Virus record (IMG/VR): IMGVR_UViG_3300029583_000202 | Coordinates: 5,114-25,744 of that record | Strand: one strand, 5' to 3' | Length of the DNA: 20,631 nucleotides | Source of the DNA: a virus | Shown: piece after piece, positions 1 through 8,816 of the stretch | Layout: every line of letters begins with the position of its first letter | Numbering within the stretch: position 1 is the stretch's first letter | Translations under genes and position numbers: made by a program | Notes under the pieces: generated by a model | What the model was told of the DNA's origin: nothing | What the model saw: the letters and a program-made list of their open reading frames with translations, nothing else | Database searches by the model: none

Positions 1-13
1 GATCACCGCCAAC

Positions 14-550
14 ATGGAACCACAGCCTCGGGAGGATATTGTGGAAGACAGCTCTCATTCCATGCGCTTGGCGTCCTGTGTGATGAGCTGGCGGAATGCA
101 CAGCCGACGCATGAACGGTATAACTTGTTAGAAAAGCGGCGGGAACAGCTTGCTACGCAATTTTCTGAAGTGGTTTGCAAAAAGGTAGACGGTTATTGGC
201 TTGCATCTACTTTTATGGACGGAACTTGCGGCGTTTACCGCTATTCTTATAACACAGAAGGGGTCGGTTATTCCGGTTACGAAAATTCAGCCCATATTTT
301 GATTGGGTGGTGGAGTCTTCTGGAAGATGCCCGCATTCAAAAGATTTACGCAGAAACGCTGAATCTTTTCCCGCTTGGAGAAAGCCGCGATAGCAATCCT
401 TATTTCGATTTTGCAACTGTACGGGATCAGAACCCGTATTTTGATGCTGATACAGGCTATGACCTTGGTATGTATGAATGTATGGTTCTTTGCGCGGCAA
501 AATTGAACGCCGGAATGAATACCCAGAACCTTACAGAAAATAATCAATAG
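14..550 (+). CDS. hypothetical protein, possibly 5'-truncated by the window edge
   Basis: Listed ORF. The same frame is open back to nt 2, so the true start may lie upstream. It is visibly AT-richer than the next genes. I recognise no motif. A 28-nt gap to the next gene suggests the same transcription unit. Confidence 0.45.
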   Translation: MEPQPREDIVEDSSHSMRLASCVMSWRNAQPTHERYNLLEKRREQLATQFSEVVCKKVDGYWLASTFMDGTCGVYRYSYNTEGVGYSGYENSAHILIGWWSLLEDARIQKIYAETLNLFPLGESRDSNPYFDFATVRDQNPYFDADTGYDLGMYECMVLCAAKLNAGMNTQNLTENNQ

Positions 551-578
551 CCGGGGAATGTAAAGAGAGGAGTTTTCC

Positions 579-1658
579 ATGAAATACGCGCTTATCGGCT
601 GCGGCCGCATCGCGGTCAACCACATGAAGGCCGCCCTGAACAACAAGCTGAACATCGTCGCCGTGTGCGACGTGCTGCCGGAGAAAATGGAGGAGCTGCT
701 GGCCAGGTATGACCTCCAGAACGACGATTCCATTGCCCGCTATACCGATTACAAGCAGATGCTCTCCGAGCATCCCGACATTCAACTGGCCTCCATCGCC
801 ACGGAAAGCGGCGTCCACGCCGAGATCGCCCTTACCTGCATCGACCGCGGCGTGAACGTCATCATCGAAAAACCCATGGCTATGAACATGGACGACGCCA
901 ACGAGATCATCCGCCGCAGCGAGGCAAAGCATGTCAAGGTGGCCGCCTGCCACCAGAACCGCTTCAACGTGGCCGTGCAGGAGATGCGCCACGCTCTGGA
1001 AGCCGGACGCTTTGGCCGGCTGTCCCACGGCAGCATTCACGTCCGCTGGAACCGCGGGCGGGACTATTACGATCAGGCGCCCTGGCGCGGCAAGTGGGCC
1101 AGCGATGGCGGGTGTCTGATGAACCAGTGCATCCACGGCGTGGACCTGCTTCGCTGGATGATGGGGGACGAGGTGGACGAGGTCTACGGCGTCACGAAGC
1201 AGCAGTTCCATGATTACCTTGAGTGCGAGGATGTCGGCATGGCCGTGGTGAAGTTCAAAAACGGCGCGGTGGGCACCATTGAGGGCACGGTGAACGTCTA
1301 CCCGAAGAATCTGGAGGAAACGCTTTACCTCTTCGGCGAAAAGGGCACGGTGAAGCTGGGCGGCACCTCCACCAACAACATCGACGTGTGGAATTTTGCC
1401 GACGAGGGTGCGGAGGATGCCAAGAACAAGGGCTTGCAGGAGGCCACCAGCAATGTCTACGGCAACGGCCACACCAGCCTGTTCGCCGACATGATGGACG
1501 CCATCGAGCAGGACCGCAAGCCCTATGTGGACGCCGTGGCGGGCCGCAACGCGTTGGAGATGATCTTAGCCATCTACCAGTCCGCCGCCACCGGCAAGCC
1601 GGTGAAACTGCCGCTGGAACATACCGCCAGCACGGACTTTACGGGAAGATTTGATTGA
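579..1658 (+). CDS. Gfo/Idh/MocA family NAD(P)-dependent sugar oxidoreductase (WlbA/WbpB-like context)
   Basis: N-terminal Rossmann motif ALIGCGRIA and the family-typical EKP motif (IIEKPMA). SD AGAGGAG lies just upstream of ATG 579. It sits in a polysaccharide gene block. Confidence 0.85.
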   Translation: MKYALIGCGRIAVNHMKAALNNKLNIVAVCDVLPEKMEELLARYDLQNDDSIARYTDYKQMLSEHPDIQLASIATESGVHAEIALTCIDRGVNVIIEKPMAMNMDDANEIIRRSEAKHVKVAACHQNRFNVAVQEMRHALEAGRFGRLSHGSIHVRWNRGRDYYDQAPWRGKWASDGGCLMNQCIHGVDLLRWMMGDEVDEVYGVTKQQFHDYLECEDVGMAVVKFKNGAVGTIEGTVNVYPKNLEETLYLFGEKGTVKLGGTSTNNIDVWNFADEGAEDAKNKGLQEATSNVYGNGHTSLFADMMDAIEQDRKPYVDAVAGRNALEMILAIYQSAATGKPVKLPLEHTASTDFTGRFD

Positions 1659-1735
1659 TCTTCGCCGAGCAGCTTCTGTGCGGCAGACCCCTGTCAGCGC
1701 AATACATTACACAGAAAACAAAGGAGAACTCTCCC

Positions 1736-3187
1736 ATGGATCGAATCCTGTACAAGGTATGGGACAGCCGATACGGCAAATATCTGCTCCCGCTGAGCTT
1801 TTGCCTTGGCAATTTAATCAATGTTTTCTTTTACTATCTGGGACTGGCCTTTGAGGACAACATTGCCCGTCAGGCCGCCTTCATCATCGGCAATGTTCTG
1901 TTTACCGTGATTGCCTTTACCGCGTTGCTTTCCACCCTGCGTTTCGGGCAGCTGAAGCTGCGCGCTCTGCTCCCGTTGGGAGCCGTTCTGCTGTTTTTCG
2001 CGGGCGGCTACATCTGGGCGCTGCTGCATTTTGGTTTTACGGGAACATGGATCCATCATGCCGGGCAGTTTGTCTTTTTTTCCTTTCCCGCGTTCTGCGC
2101 CGGGGTTTATGCCGCACGGAAAAGGTATGAAGCGGATTTTTTTGAAATATTGGAGCGGCTCGGACTTTTTGCCGTACCCGCCGCTTTGATTTATTTAAAT
2201 GGTGCGGTTTTTAACTGCAATCCGTTTAACTGGGGACGGGATCTCGGCATCATCAATTATATGAGCTTTTCCTATACGCTGATGCCGTTCCTGCTGGCAA
2301 TGGTCCTCCGTTTTTTAGAGAAGAAGCCCCTCACACTCTTCCGTCGGGCATTGAAGTATCCGCAGCGTGTCCGCGGGCTTCTCATTGCGCTGTACTGGGT
2401 CGCCATTATCGCAGCCGGTACACGCGGAACCTATTTTTGTGTGGTCGGTTTCTGCATTTTCCTGGTGCTTTCCGCCTGTTTGCATCGTGAGTCACGCCGG
2501 AAAAGTGCGATCCTGTCTGCTGCTATGACATTTGTCCTGTGTTTCAATATCTTCGTTTACGCGCCGCAGGGGTTCAACACATGGCGGATGGCCAGCTTTT
2601 TGCAGGACGTGTCCAAAGGGGAACTTGTTACAACAAAAGAGGATCCCACGGTTTCCGATAGAATCGATGATCTGGTAAAAGCGGACGGCGACCATCAAAT
2701 AGCCAACCGTCCGGAAACCCCGTCTGAGCCGGATGCCCCACCTCAAGAAGATAGTGCGGAGGAAAACATTCAAATCGGCAGCCGCGGCACTCTTTTCAAG
2801 CTGGCAATCAAGGAATTTCAGAAGTCGCCGATCACCGGCATGGGGCCCATGGGGTATACTGTGAAATACGGAATGTATCCGCACAATATTCCATTAGAGC
2901 TTTTGTGTGAAACGGGACTGGCGGGTTTTGTTCCTCTGATGCTTCTGATCCTCTGGGCAGTTATGAATCTGTTTTACTTCGGATGGAAGAAAAAGTATGT
3001 CCGCTATTTTTTCTTGTTCTTAATTGCTTATGTGGTACAGGCCAACATTTCCGGAAACCTGTGGTATTGCTCTCCGTTGCTGTGCGCCCTTGGTTACGGC
3101 TTGGCGCTGCCCGACAGGGAGTGCAGGAGGGTTCCGGATTCCGGGGCGCCGGAGAAGGAAGCCGCCGCCTCAGCAGACAGATCGTAA
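1736..3187 (+). CDS. O-antigen polymerase/ligase-like (Wzy family) polytopic membrane protein
   Basis: I chose ATG 1736, which has SD AAAGGAG at 1720-1726, rather than the listed 1655 start. That start overlaps the previous stop and has no SD. The protein has many hydrophobic segments. The late motif GMGPMGY...YPHNIPLELLCETGLAGF matches the Wzy_C / O-antigen ligase signature. Confidence 0.75.
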   Translation: MDRILYKVWDSRYGKYLLPLSFCLGNLINVFFYYLGLAFEDNIARQAAFIIGNVLFTVIAFTALLSTLRFGQLKLRALLPLGAVLLFFAGGYIWALLHFGFTGTWIHHAGQFVFFSFPAFCAGVYAARKRYEADFFEILERLGLFAVPAALIYLNGAVFNCNPFNWGRDLGIINYMSFSYTLMPFLLAMVLRFLEKKPLTLFRRALKYPQRVRGLLIALYWVAIIAAGTRGTYFCVVGFCIFLVLSACLHRESRRKSAILSAAMTFVLCFNIFVYAPQGFNTWRMASFLQDVSKGELVTTKEDPTVSDRIDDLVKADGDHQIANRPETPSEPDAPPQEDSAEENIQIGSRGTLFKLAIKEFQKSPITGMGPMGYTVKYGMYPHNIPLELLCETGLAGFVPLMLLILWAVMNLFYFGWKKKYVRYFFLFLIAYVVQANISGNLWYCSPLLCALGYGLALPDRECRRVPDSGAPEKEAAASADRS

Positions 3188-3202
3188 GGAGAAGATTCGG
3201 CA

Positions 3203-4711
3203 TTGACCATAAAAAAGAACCATATCATCCGCACGGTTTTTTCCGTTACCGGCCTGCTGATCGTCAGCAAGCTGCTGGGCTTTGTCAAACAGATGGTGAC
3301 GGCTGCGGCATTTGGCACGACGATCGAAACGGACCTCATCAGCCTTTCGCAGGGGCTGATCGGTGATATTCAATATCTATTGGTGCAGTCCGTGCTTTCC
3401 GCTCTCATTGCCGTTTATCTGCATACCGCGCGGCAGGGGGAGGACGCTTCGCGGCGCTTTGCCTTTGATGTCTGGAAAGCTTTGACGGTCTTTACCGCCA
3501 TAGTCGTGCTTTTTGTGGAGTTATGCGCGCCGTGGCTCGCCAGACTGATCGCGCCAAGCTATCCGGCTGAACAGATCGTGCAGCTGAGCCGCTACCTGCG
3601 CCTGTTTGCCCCGGTTCTGCTGCTGCTCACGTGGATCGCCGTATTCAACGGCTTGCTCCATGCCAACAAGCATTTTATCCCCGGTGAAATGATCTCTGTT
3701 CACCAGAGTATTTTTCTCATCATTATGACCGCGGCACTTGCGCGTGCGCTCGGTGTGCAGATTCTTGTTCTCTCATTTTTTGCCTACAATCTCTGGAATG
3801 CAGGCTATACGGCCATTCTCTCACGGCGCTATTGGACGGTCTCCCGCGGAAATCCGTTCCGGAATCCCGCGGTCCGTGAATTGCTGCGCATGATGGGGCC
3901 GCTGCTGCTGGGCTATTCGCTGGTGTACGTCAACCAGACGGTGGATAAGATCCTTGTATCCGGCCTTGAGGCTGGAGCGGTCACGGCGCTGAACTATGCC
4001 GCCGTCCTGAGTAATCTGGTCGGCACATTTATTATAACGTTTGCCTCCATGCTCTTTGCTTATGTCACCACGCGCATCGCCGCAGGCGATGAAAAAGGCG
4101 CGGCGCAGCTCACAGAGCGGGCAGCGCTTCTGCTTTCCGTCATCTTTCTTCCCATCAGTATTCTGACGGTTCTGTTGTCAGAGGACATCGTCACCATCGT
4201 CTATGCCCGCGGCGCCTTTGATGCAGAGAGCGTCCGCATCTGCGCTCAGGCGCTGCGTGGCTATGCCCTGATGTTCCCCCCGCTTGTCTTTCGTGAAGTA
4301 TATAGCCGCTTCCTCTATGGGCATCGAGATTCCAAACGCCCCATGGTCAACAGCAGCATCGCGGTGGTCTGCAACATCGTTTTGAGCATCGCGCTCTGTC
4401 CGCGCCTTGGGGTTCTCGGCGTCACGGTCGCCAGCAGTATTTCCGTCGCCCTGTGCGGAGCGATGGATCTGTGCTCCGCACGCCGCATTCACCCCGAACT
4501 GAACAGCGCCGCGCTTCTCCACGCGCTCCCGTGGCTTCTGACCGGAAGCATCGCTTGTCTTGCGGTGGCCGGCACCGGCCTGCACATCTTCTCCGGAATG
4601 GCTCCGCTCCCGCGCTTTGCGCTCACCGCGCTCCTCGGCATCGCCGCCTATGCGCTTGCCGCCGCTCCGCTGCTGCTTCGTCTGCTGCGGCAGCTTCGAC
4701 AGTATACTTAG
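3203..4711 (+). CDS. MurJ/MviN-like MOP-superfamily lipid-linked glycan flippase
   Basis: TTG start with SD AAGGAGAAG at 3186-3194. The N-terminus ...VSKLLGFVKQMVTAAAFGTTIETD... resembles the MurJ signature (SRxLGFxRDxxxAxxFGAxxxxDAF). Polytopic throughout. Confidence 0.8.
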   Translation: MTIKKNHIIRTVFSVTGLLIVSKLLGFVKQMVTAAAFGTTIETDLISLSQGLIGDIQYLLVQSVLSALIAVYLHTARQGEDASRRFAFDVWKALTVFTAIVVLFVELCAPWLARLIAPSYPAEQIVQLSRYLRLFAPVLLLLTWIAVFNGLLHANKHFIPGEMISVHQSIFLIIMTAALARALGVQILVLSFFAYNLWNAGYTAILSRRYWTVSRGNPFRNPAVRELLRMMGPLLLGYSLVYVNQTVDKILVSGLEAGAVTALNYAAVLSNLVGTFIITFASMLFAYVTTRIAAGDEKGAAQLTERAALLLSVIFLPISILTVLLSEDIVTIVYARGAFDAESVRICAQALRGYALMFPPLVFREVYSRFLYGHRDSKRPMVNSSIAVVCNIVLSIALCPRLGVLGVTVASSISVALCGAMDLCSARRIHPELNSAALLHALPWLLTGSIACLAVAGTGLHIFSGMAPLPRFALTALLGIAAYALAAAPLLLRLLRQLRQYT

Positions 4712-4728
4712 ATTCAGGAGTTTTTATT

Positions 4729-6669
4729 ATGTGTGGTATTTCCGGCTATCTTGATTTAAAAAACGGTGTTTCTATTCAAACACTCCGTCAGATGAACGAT
4801 GCGATTCGCCACAGAGGCCCCGACGATGAGGGTTATGCCCTTATCGGCACGGAGCAGACTCTTCTCTTCGGCGGGCAGGATACCGCTCCCATCCTAGGGT
4901 TACCTGTTCTGTCTGACACCACTGACAGCGGCGCTTTTCTCGGGTTGGGACACCGCCGCCTAAGCATTTTGGACCTCTCTCCGTCTGGACACCAACCGAT
5001 GCACCTGCCCGCGCAACAATTGACCTTGGTGTATAATGGTGAAATCTACAATTATGTGGAACTCCGTCAGGAATTAGAGCATCTTGGTTGTCATTTTAAT
5101 AGCTCCTGTGATACCGAAGTGCTGCTGCAGGCGTACTGCGTTTGGGGAGAAGACTGTCTTTCTCACTTCAACGGAATGTGGAGCTTCGCTCTGTGGGATG
5201 GTCGGGCAAACAAGCTATTCTGCGCTCGCGACCGCTTGGGCGCAAAGCCCTTTCACTACTGGCATCAGGGCGATAAGCTGATCTTCGGCTCCGAACTCAA
5301 GCAGCTCTGTCAGGATAATACGATCCCGCGCCGCTTTAACCGCTCCTATCTGTCGGCAAACCTAATGTACGGTCTCACAGATTACAACGATCAAACGCTG
5401 ATAGATGGAATGCAGGTTCTCAGACCCGGACACCAAATGACTGTGCAGTTGGATAGTAGCCGTTCCCACATCATGGATATTGCTATTCGTCCTTACTGGG
5501 AGCTCAGGGTCGGTGAATATGAGCCTCTGAGCCTTACACAATGGCAGGAGAAGGTCGGAGAGGAGTTTTCCCGCAGTGTGCGTTGGAGGCTTCGCAGCGA
5601 TGCTCCGCTGTCCGCACTATTATCCGGAGGCTTGGACTCTTCTTGTTTAGTAGCGGAGATTTGCTCCCAGTTAAATGATCCCTCCGCTCTTCAGACCTTT
5701 ACGACCAGCTATCCTGGCCGTACCGACTGCGATGAATGGGATTTTGCCGATATGGTGAATCATCATTGCGGCTGCATCGGGCATCAGATTTTTCCCGACC
5801 CCACCGACCATATTGAGCAGCGCTTCTCCGATATCGTTTGGTATGTAGAAGGCCTTGGAGGTTTGGCGCTCCTCGGCAGTAAGGCCGTCACCGATGAGAT
5901 TCGGCGCCGTGGCTTTAAGGTTATTCTAAACGGTCAATGCGGCGATGAGACAATGTTCGGTTATGAACGCTACTTTGCATATTACTTTTTCGATCTGCTC
6001 AAACGGGGAAAAGTTTTTCAGTTTCAGCGCGACTTCCGTTTGGCTTCTCTCCACACCAGTCTCGCTCTGCCGCAGCTGCTCGCTATGTTCTTCTACTTCA
6101 ACTTTCCCTTTGTGCGTGATCAGTGGCAACTTCGCCGTTCCGGCAGTTATGTACGGCAGGAGCTTCTTTCACAGCGAAAAAAGGAAGAGCTTCATGATTT
6201 ATTGTATCACGGTTCCCTCCAACATCTACAGAAAACGGAGTTAACACAAACGCAGCTCACCCATATCGTTCGATTTGACGACCGCATGAGTATGTCCTCA
6301 TCGGTTGAAACGCGCATTCCCTTTATGGACTACCGTTTTGTTGAGCTCTCCGTACGCATCCCTCCGCAGCTCAAGTTTGAAAATGGCTACACCAAGAGCA
6401 TTATGCGCCACCTTTATGACGCTCGTATGCCGAAAGAGGTTACTTGGCGCACCAATAAAATGGGCTTTGGGGCGCCTATCGATCGTTGGGCTGCCGCGTT
6501 TTCGGATGACTACCTCTATGATCTCCTCCATACCGCGAAAACCGCACCGTTCTTCCAGATCGACGCATTGAAAAAGGCCGTTCCTCACCGCGCCAACCAC
6601 ATCCGCGCTCTTTTTGACTTCGTTCAAGCCGAAGAGTTTTCCCGTCGCTTCAATGTTGGCATTTCTTAG
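4729..6669 (+). CDS. asnB: asparagine synthase (glutamine-hydrolysing) family amidotransferase, polysaccharide-cluster paralogue
   Basis: The true start is MCGISGY at ATG 4729 (Ntn-amidotransferase Cys2), with SD CAGGAG at 4715-4720. It has the HRGPDD motif and the PP-loop LLSGGLDSS. The 92 extra N-terminal codons of the listed ORF (4453-4728) are Arg/Ala/Pro-rich and overlap the flippase gene. Confidence 0.9.
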   Translation: MCGISGYLDLKNGVSIQTLRQMNDAIRHRGPDDEGYALIGTEQTLLFGGQDTAPILGLPVLSDTTDSGAFLGLGHRRLSILDLSPSGHQPMHLPAQQLTLVYNGEIYNYVELRQELEHLGCHFNSSCDTEVLLQAYCVWGEDCLSHFNGMWSFALWDGRANKLFCARDRLGAKPFHYWHQGDKLIFGSELKQLCQDNTIPRRFNRSYLSANLMYGLTDYNDQTLIDGMQVLRPGHQMTVQLDSSRSHIMDIAIRPYWELRVGEYEPLSLTQWQEKVGEEFSRSVRWRLRSDAPLSALLSGGLDSSCLVAEICSQLNDPSALQTFTTSYPGRTDCDEWDFADMVNHHCGCIGHQIFPDPTDHIEQRFSDIVWYVEGLGGLALLGSKAVTDEIRRRGFKVILNGQCGDETMFGYERYFAYYFFDLLKRGKVFQFQRDFRLASLHTSLALPQLLAMFFYFNFPFVRDQWQLRRSGSYVRQELLSQRKKEELHDLLYHGSLQHLQKTELTQTQLTHIVRFDDRMSMSSSVETRIPFMDYRFVELSVRIPPQLKFENGYTKSIMRHLYDARMPKEVTWRTNKMGFGAPIDRWAAAFSDDYLYDLLHTAKTAPFFQIDALKKAVPHRANHIRALFDFVQAEEFSRRFNVGIS

Positions 6670-6687
6670 CAACGATAAAGATCGTCA

Positions 6688-6727
6688 AAAACGACTGCCT
6701 ACCAATTTACAGCTAGGCAGTCGTTTT
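6688..6727. terminator. bidirectional rho-independent terminator
   Basis: Perfect 14-bp inverted repeat: AAAACGACTGCCTA (6688-6701) and TAGGCAGTCGTTTT (6714-6727), with a 12-nt loop. A-run and T-run on either side. It lies 19 nt after the asnB-like stop. Confidence 0.75.
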
Positions 6728-7000
6728 GCAGAATTTCGCCGAATTTACGGAGTTGTTTTCCGTGCATCGCTGCACGGGGAGGCAAACATCTACCTCCTCA
6801 TTTTGCGCACTGCGGCAGTCCAAATCTGCAATGACCTCCACAGCAAGGACATTGCTTAAGCCTGAATCTTTCCAAACGGAGACCATGCACAGGCACATTG
6901 CTCCGGCGATTAAAATAGCCAGAATTTGTTTTATGCGCTTTCCAGCTAAGGTTTTTTTGCGCAGCACGGTCTTAATTTTTTCGAGCAGCTTAGCTACCAT
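6713..7000 (-). CDS. doubtful small single-pass membrane protein
   Basis: Listed ORF, trimmed to ATG 7000 (MVAKLLEKIK...). It has a basic N-terminus and one hydrophobic helix (ILAILIAGAMCLCMVSVW). The SD is poor (GAAGAG about 12 nt upstream). The stop is embedded in the terminator hairpin. No recognisable family. Confidence 0.25.
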   Translation of the reverse strand: MVAKLLEKIKTVLRKKTLAGKRIKQILAILIAGAMCLCMVSVWKDSGLSNVLAVEVIADLDCRSAQNEEVDVCLPVQRCTENNSVNSAKFCKTTA

Positions 7001-7267
7001 GCAAGCAAGCAACTCTTCAATTATTGTTTTGGATAGAAAATTGAGAAACTACCTGCCCAAGGCCATCAGACCCGAGGCGATGATGTTCGTATTTACCATA
7101 CTACTTATTCATGTTTGTTACTCCGCATCAGCGGGGCTACATCATTTCTGTGCAGCTCTTATGGTCGCCCATAAGCTCAGACTGTGCCTTCATCCGCGTG
7201 GGATGCTCCGTGTCCAGTCGTTACACCTTCCCCTTAGGGGGCTTGGCTCGGCGTTCTCTGCACTTTT

Positions 7268-7296
7268 AATATAGCACATCATTGTCGCTGTGGCAA
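7268..7296 (-). promoter_or_regulatory. sigma-70-type promoter reading leftwards into the 7.0-7.26 kb non-coding stretch
   Basis: On the minus strand: TTGCCA (7296-7291), a 17-nt spacer, then TATATT (7273-7268). It starts 8 nt after the stop of the last phage ORF. Confidence 0.45.
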
Positions 7297-7303
7297 TACC
7301 CGC

Positions 7304-7444
7304 TTACCCCTCAAGTTCCCCTCGTACTGCCTTTCGCTCCGCCTCGCTCAGTCTCGGGTAGTCCCTCAGTACGGCGTCCAACTTCTCGCCCGCATCCACA
7401 CGGCGTTTGACCACGCGAAGCAAAAGCTTCAGTCTCAGCGTCAT
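7304..7444 (-). CDS. small phage protein (46 aa), XkdX-like by size and position only
   Basis: Not in the ORF track because it is under 60 aa. ATG 7444 overlaps the upstream stop (ATGA overlap at 7441-7444). My translation is MTLRLKLLLRVVKRRVDAGEKLDAVLRDYPRLSEAERKAVRGELEG, with stop TAA at 7306-7304. Small helical ORFs like this commonly follow tail-fibre genes in Firmicutes prophages. Confidence 0.4.
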   Translation of the reverse strand: MTLRLKLLLRVVKRRVDAGEKLDAVLRDYPRLSEAERKAVRGELEG

Positions 7445-7716
7445 TCGTCCTCACCTCCGTACAACAGCTCCGCCACAAGCTCCTCCAGCTCCTCGATGCG
7501 CGTTTTATCATCCGGATGCGCCGCGTGCCAATCCGCCCGCAGCGTTTCCGAGCAGTCCGCCTTGCTGCTTAGCTCGCAGTCTGCCGCAAGCGGAGAGTAG
7601 ACGATGGGATTTCCCTCCGCGTTTTTTGCTGTCACGCTGTCCGCCGTGTAGTTCTGCACATTTTCGATGGTCAGCACGGGAACTTCCGTCCCGATCCGAT
7701 ATAGATAAAGTGTCAT
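7441..7716 (-). CDS. phage hypothetical protein downstream of the tail fibre (XkdW-like position)
   Basis: Listed ORF. SD AAGGAGGGA overlaps the stop of the tail-fibre gene. Acidic helical C-terminus (RIEELEELVAELLYGGEDE). Assigned by context only. Confidence 0.55.
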   Translation of the reverse strand: MTLYLYRIGTEVPVLTIENVQNYTADSVTAKNAEGNPIVYSPLAADCELSSKADCSETLRADWHAAHPDDKTRIEELEELVAELLYGGEDE

Positions 7717-7729
7717 TATCCATCCCTCC

Positions 7730-8803
7730 TTAGATCAGCGTTCCGTTAGCTTTTGCGATGATACCGCCGCCGTGGACATTTGTCGCCGCGCCTAATGTAT
7801 CCGGCGTGTTCTCTCCTAACAAAATGATACCTCCGCGATAAACAGATGCTCCGTTCGTATTGTTGGCGTAAGTAACAGCAGAATTGTTGAACACAATCAC
7901 TCTGCCATTCGCACACGACTCAACCGCTGTATTGCAATCGCTGATCGGACAGTTCACTACGCAGATCGAGGAGGAAATGTAACCCGTCACACCGCCACAT
8001 GCACCATTCCCAACGAAAGAACAGTTCTGCATCCAAAGATGGCGATTATCCTTAGCATATAGCAGACTGTTTTGATACAGTCCGGTCGCCGGTGCCTGAA
8101 AAGCCATATCGAACAGTTGCATGGAAACCGAACAGCGATTGATGGCCATGTTCCCCGTCAGCGTACAGCCGTCCTTTCCGGATATATCCATGAGACCGCT
8201 TCCATAGAACCCATAAACCTTGATATTTCCCGTCCAGCTTCCGGTGACCTTGATCGTAAGGTCTTCGGTCAGCAGCTTCGGCAGACTGTCAAGGTAGCTC
8301 TGCAATGCCGAAAGCTCGATCGTTACCGAACGACTCGGCACGCTCACCGCCAACACCTTGTCGCGCGTAGGTGCAAGGTCCTCGTCGGTAAGCAGTCCCG
8401 CAGGGGAGCAGGTAACCGTCACACCGTCCTCGCCCACGCTCTCATGCAGATAAAAGCGGTATACGCTTTCGCCGCCCGATGAGACCGTCCTCGTCTCGTC
8501 AAGACGGAACACCTGATAAAGAATTTCGCCCTCGTCGGGGTCTGAGGCGTACACGCCCAGTTCGGTAAGCACATAGGACGCAGAGGCGTCCGTCTCCGAC
8601 AGTGTTACAGGAAGCGTCGCAGTCTGACCGCTGACCTCCGCCGTTCCAACGGTCAGGGTCTGTTTTTCCTCCGCAAGGGCCAAAGCGTTTGCCGCCGTTG
8701 TACCGCCGCCCGCTGTGACCTTAGTCACGGTCAGCTTTGTCCCGGCGGAGACCTTTGCCGCTAAGACAAGCCCCTTTTCCGTATAGTAGCCCTGTAAATT
8801 CAA
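7730..8803 (-). CDS. phage tail fibre / receptor-binding protein with a beta-helix-like C-terminal half
   Basis: TTG start with SD AAGGAGG 8 nt upstream. The N-terminal pattern (GLVLAAKVSAGTKLTVTKVTAGGG ... TELGVYASDPDEGEILYQV) resembles the phage tail-collar fibre N-domain. The C-terminal half is rich in short repeats with Asn, Gly, Cys, Ser and Val, typical of a right-handed beta-helix. Confidence 0.7.
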   Translation of the reverse strand: MNLQGYYTEKGLVLAAKVSAGTKLTVTKVTAGGGTTAANALALAEEKQTLTVGTAEVSGQTATLPVTLSETDASASYVLTELGVYASDPDEGEILYQVFRLDETRTVSSGGESVYRFYLHESVGEDGVTVTCSPAGLLTDEDLAPTRDKVLAVSVPSRSVTIELSALQSYLDSLPKLLTEDLTIKVTGSWTGNIKVYGFYGSGLMDISGKDGCTLTGNMAINRCSVSMQLFDMAFQAPATGLYQNSLLYAKDNRHLWMQNCSFVGNGACGGVTGYISSSICVVNCPISDCNTAVESCANGRVIVFNNSAVTYANNTNGASVYRGGIILLGENTPDTLGAATNVHGGGIIAKANGTLI

Positions 8804-8816
8804 CCTGCTTTCCTCC

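Noticed and set aside
531-1472. 313-aa minus-strand ORF opposite the Gfo/Idh/MocA gene
   Set aside because: It is an antisense shadow ORF in high-GC DNA. The composition is Ala/Val/Gly/His/Leu-rich and low in complexity. It has no SD. The + strand gene carries clear family motifs.
1655-1735. 27-codon N-terminal extension of the Wzy-like ORF as listed
   Set aside because: It starts inside the stop region of the previous gene and has no SD. The internal ATG 1736 has AAAGGAG at the right distance.
4453-4728. 92-codon N-terminal extension of the asparagine-synthase ORF
   Set aside because: It is Arg/Ala/Pro/Ser-rich and overlaps the 3' end of the flippase gene. Family members begin with Met-Cys, where Cys is the catalytic nucleophile, and that occurs at 4729 with an SD.
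7153-7178. GNRA-capped hairpin (GAGCUUAUGG-GCGA-CCAUAAGAGCU, minus strand) as a group II intron domain V
   Set aside because: The 2-nt bulge is in the wrong place, near the base rather than after a 9-bp lower helix. There is no GUGYG 5' end, no intron-encoded reverse transcriptase and no other intron domains.
7035-7260. RNase P, 6S, SRP, tmRNA, cobalamin, M-box or fluoride riboswitch identity for the structured stretch
   Set aside because: Only short chance resemblances were seen (ACAGAAA, GGGGAAGGUG). Diagnostic boxes such as GAGGAAAGUCC, GCCACUG or the SRP GGAA/AGCA motif are absent. It stays in the findings as unclassified.
6726-7274. 182-aa plus-strand ORF in the AT-richer gap
   Set aside because: The composition is Cys/Arg/Ser/His-rich and not protein-like. 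It has no SD. It starts inside the terminator hairpin and runs through a minus-strand promoter.
7311-7511. 66-aa and 71-aa minus-strand ORFs (7311-7511, 7508-7723) and the 108-aa plus ORF 7407-7733
   Set aside because: They are alternative-frame shadows of the two small phage genes. Composition is Arg/Gly/Ser/Cys-rich and they have no SD. The chosen frames have SDs and coupled start/stop signals.
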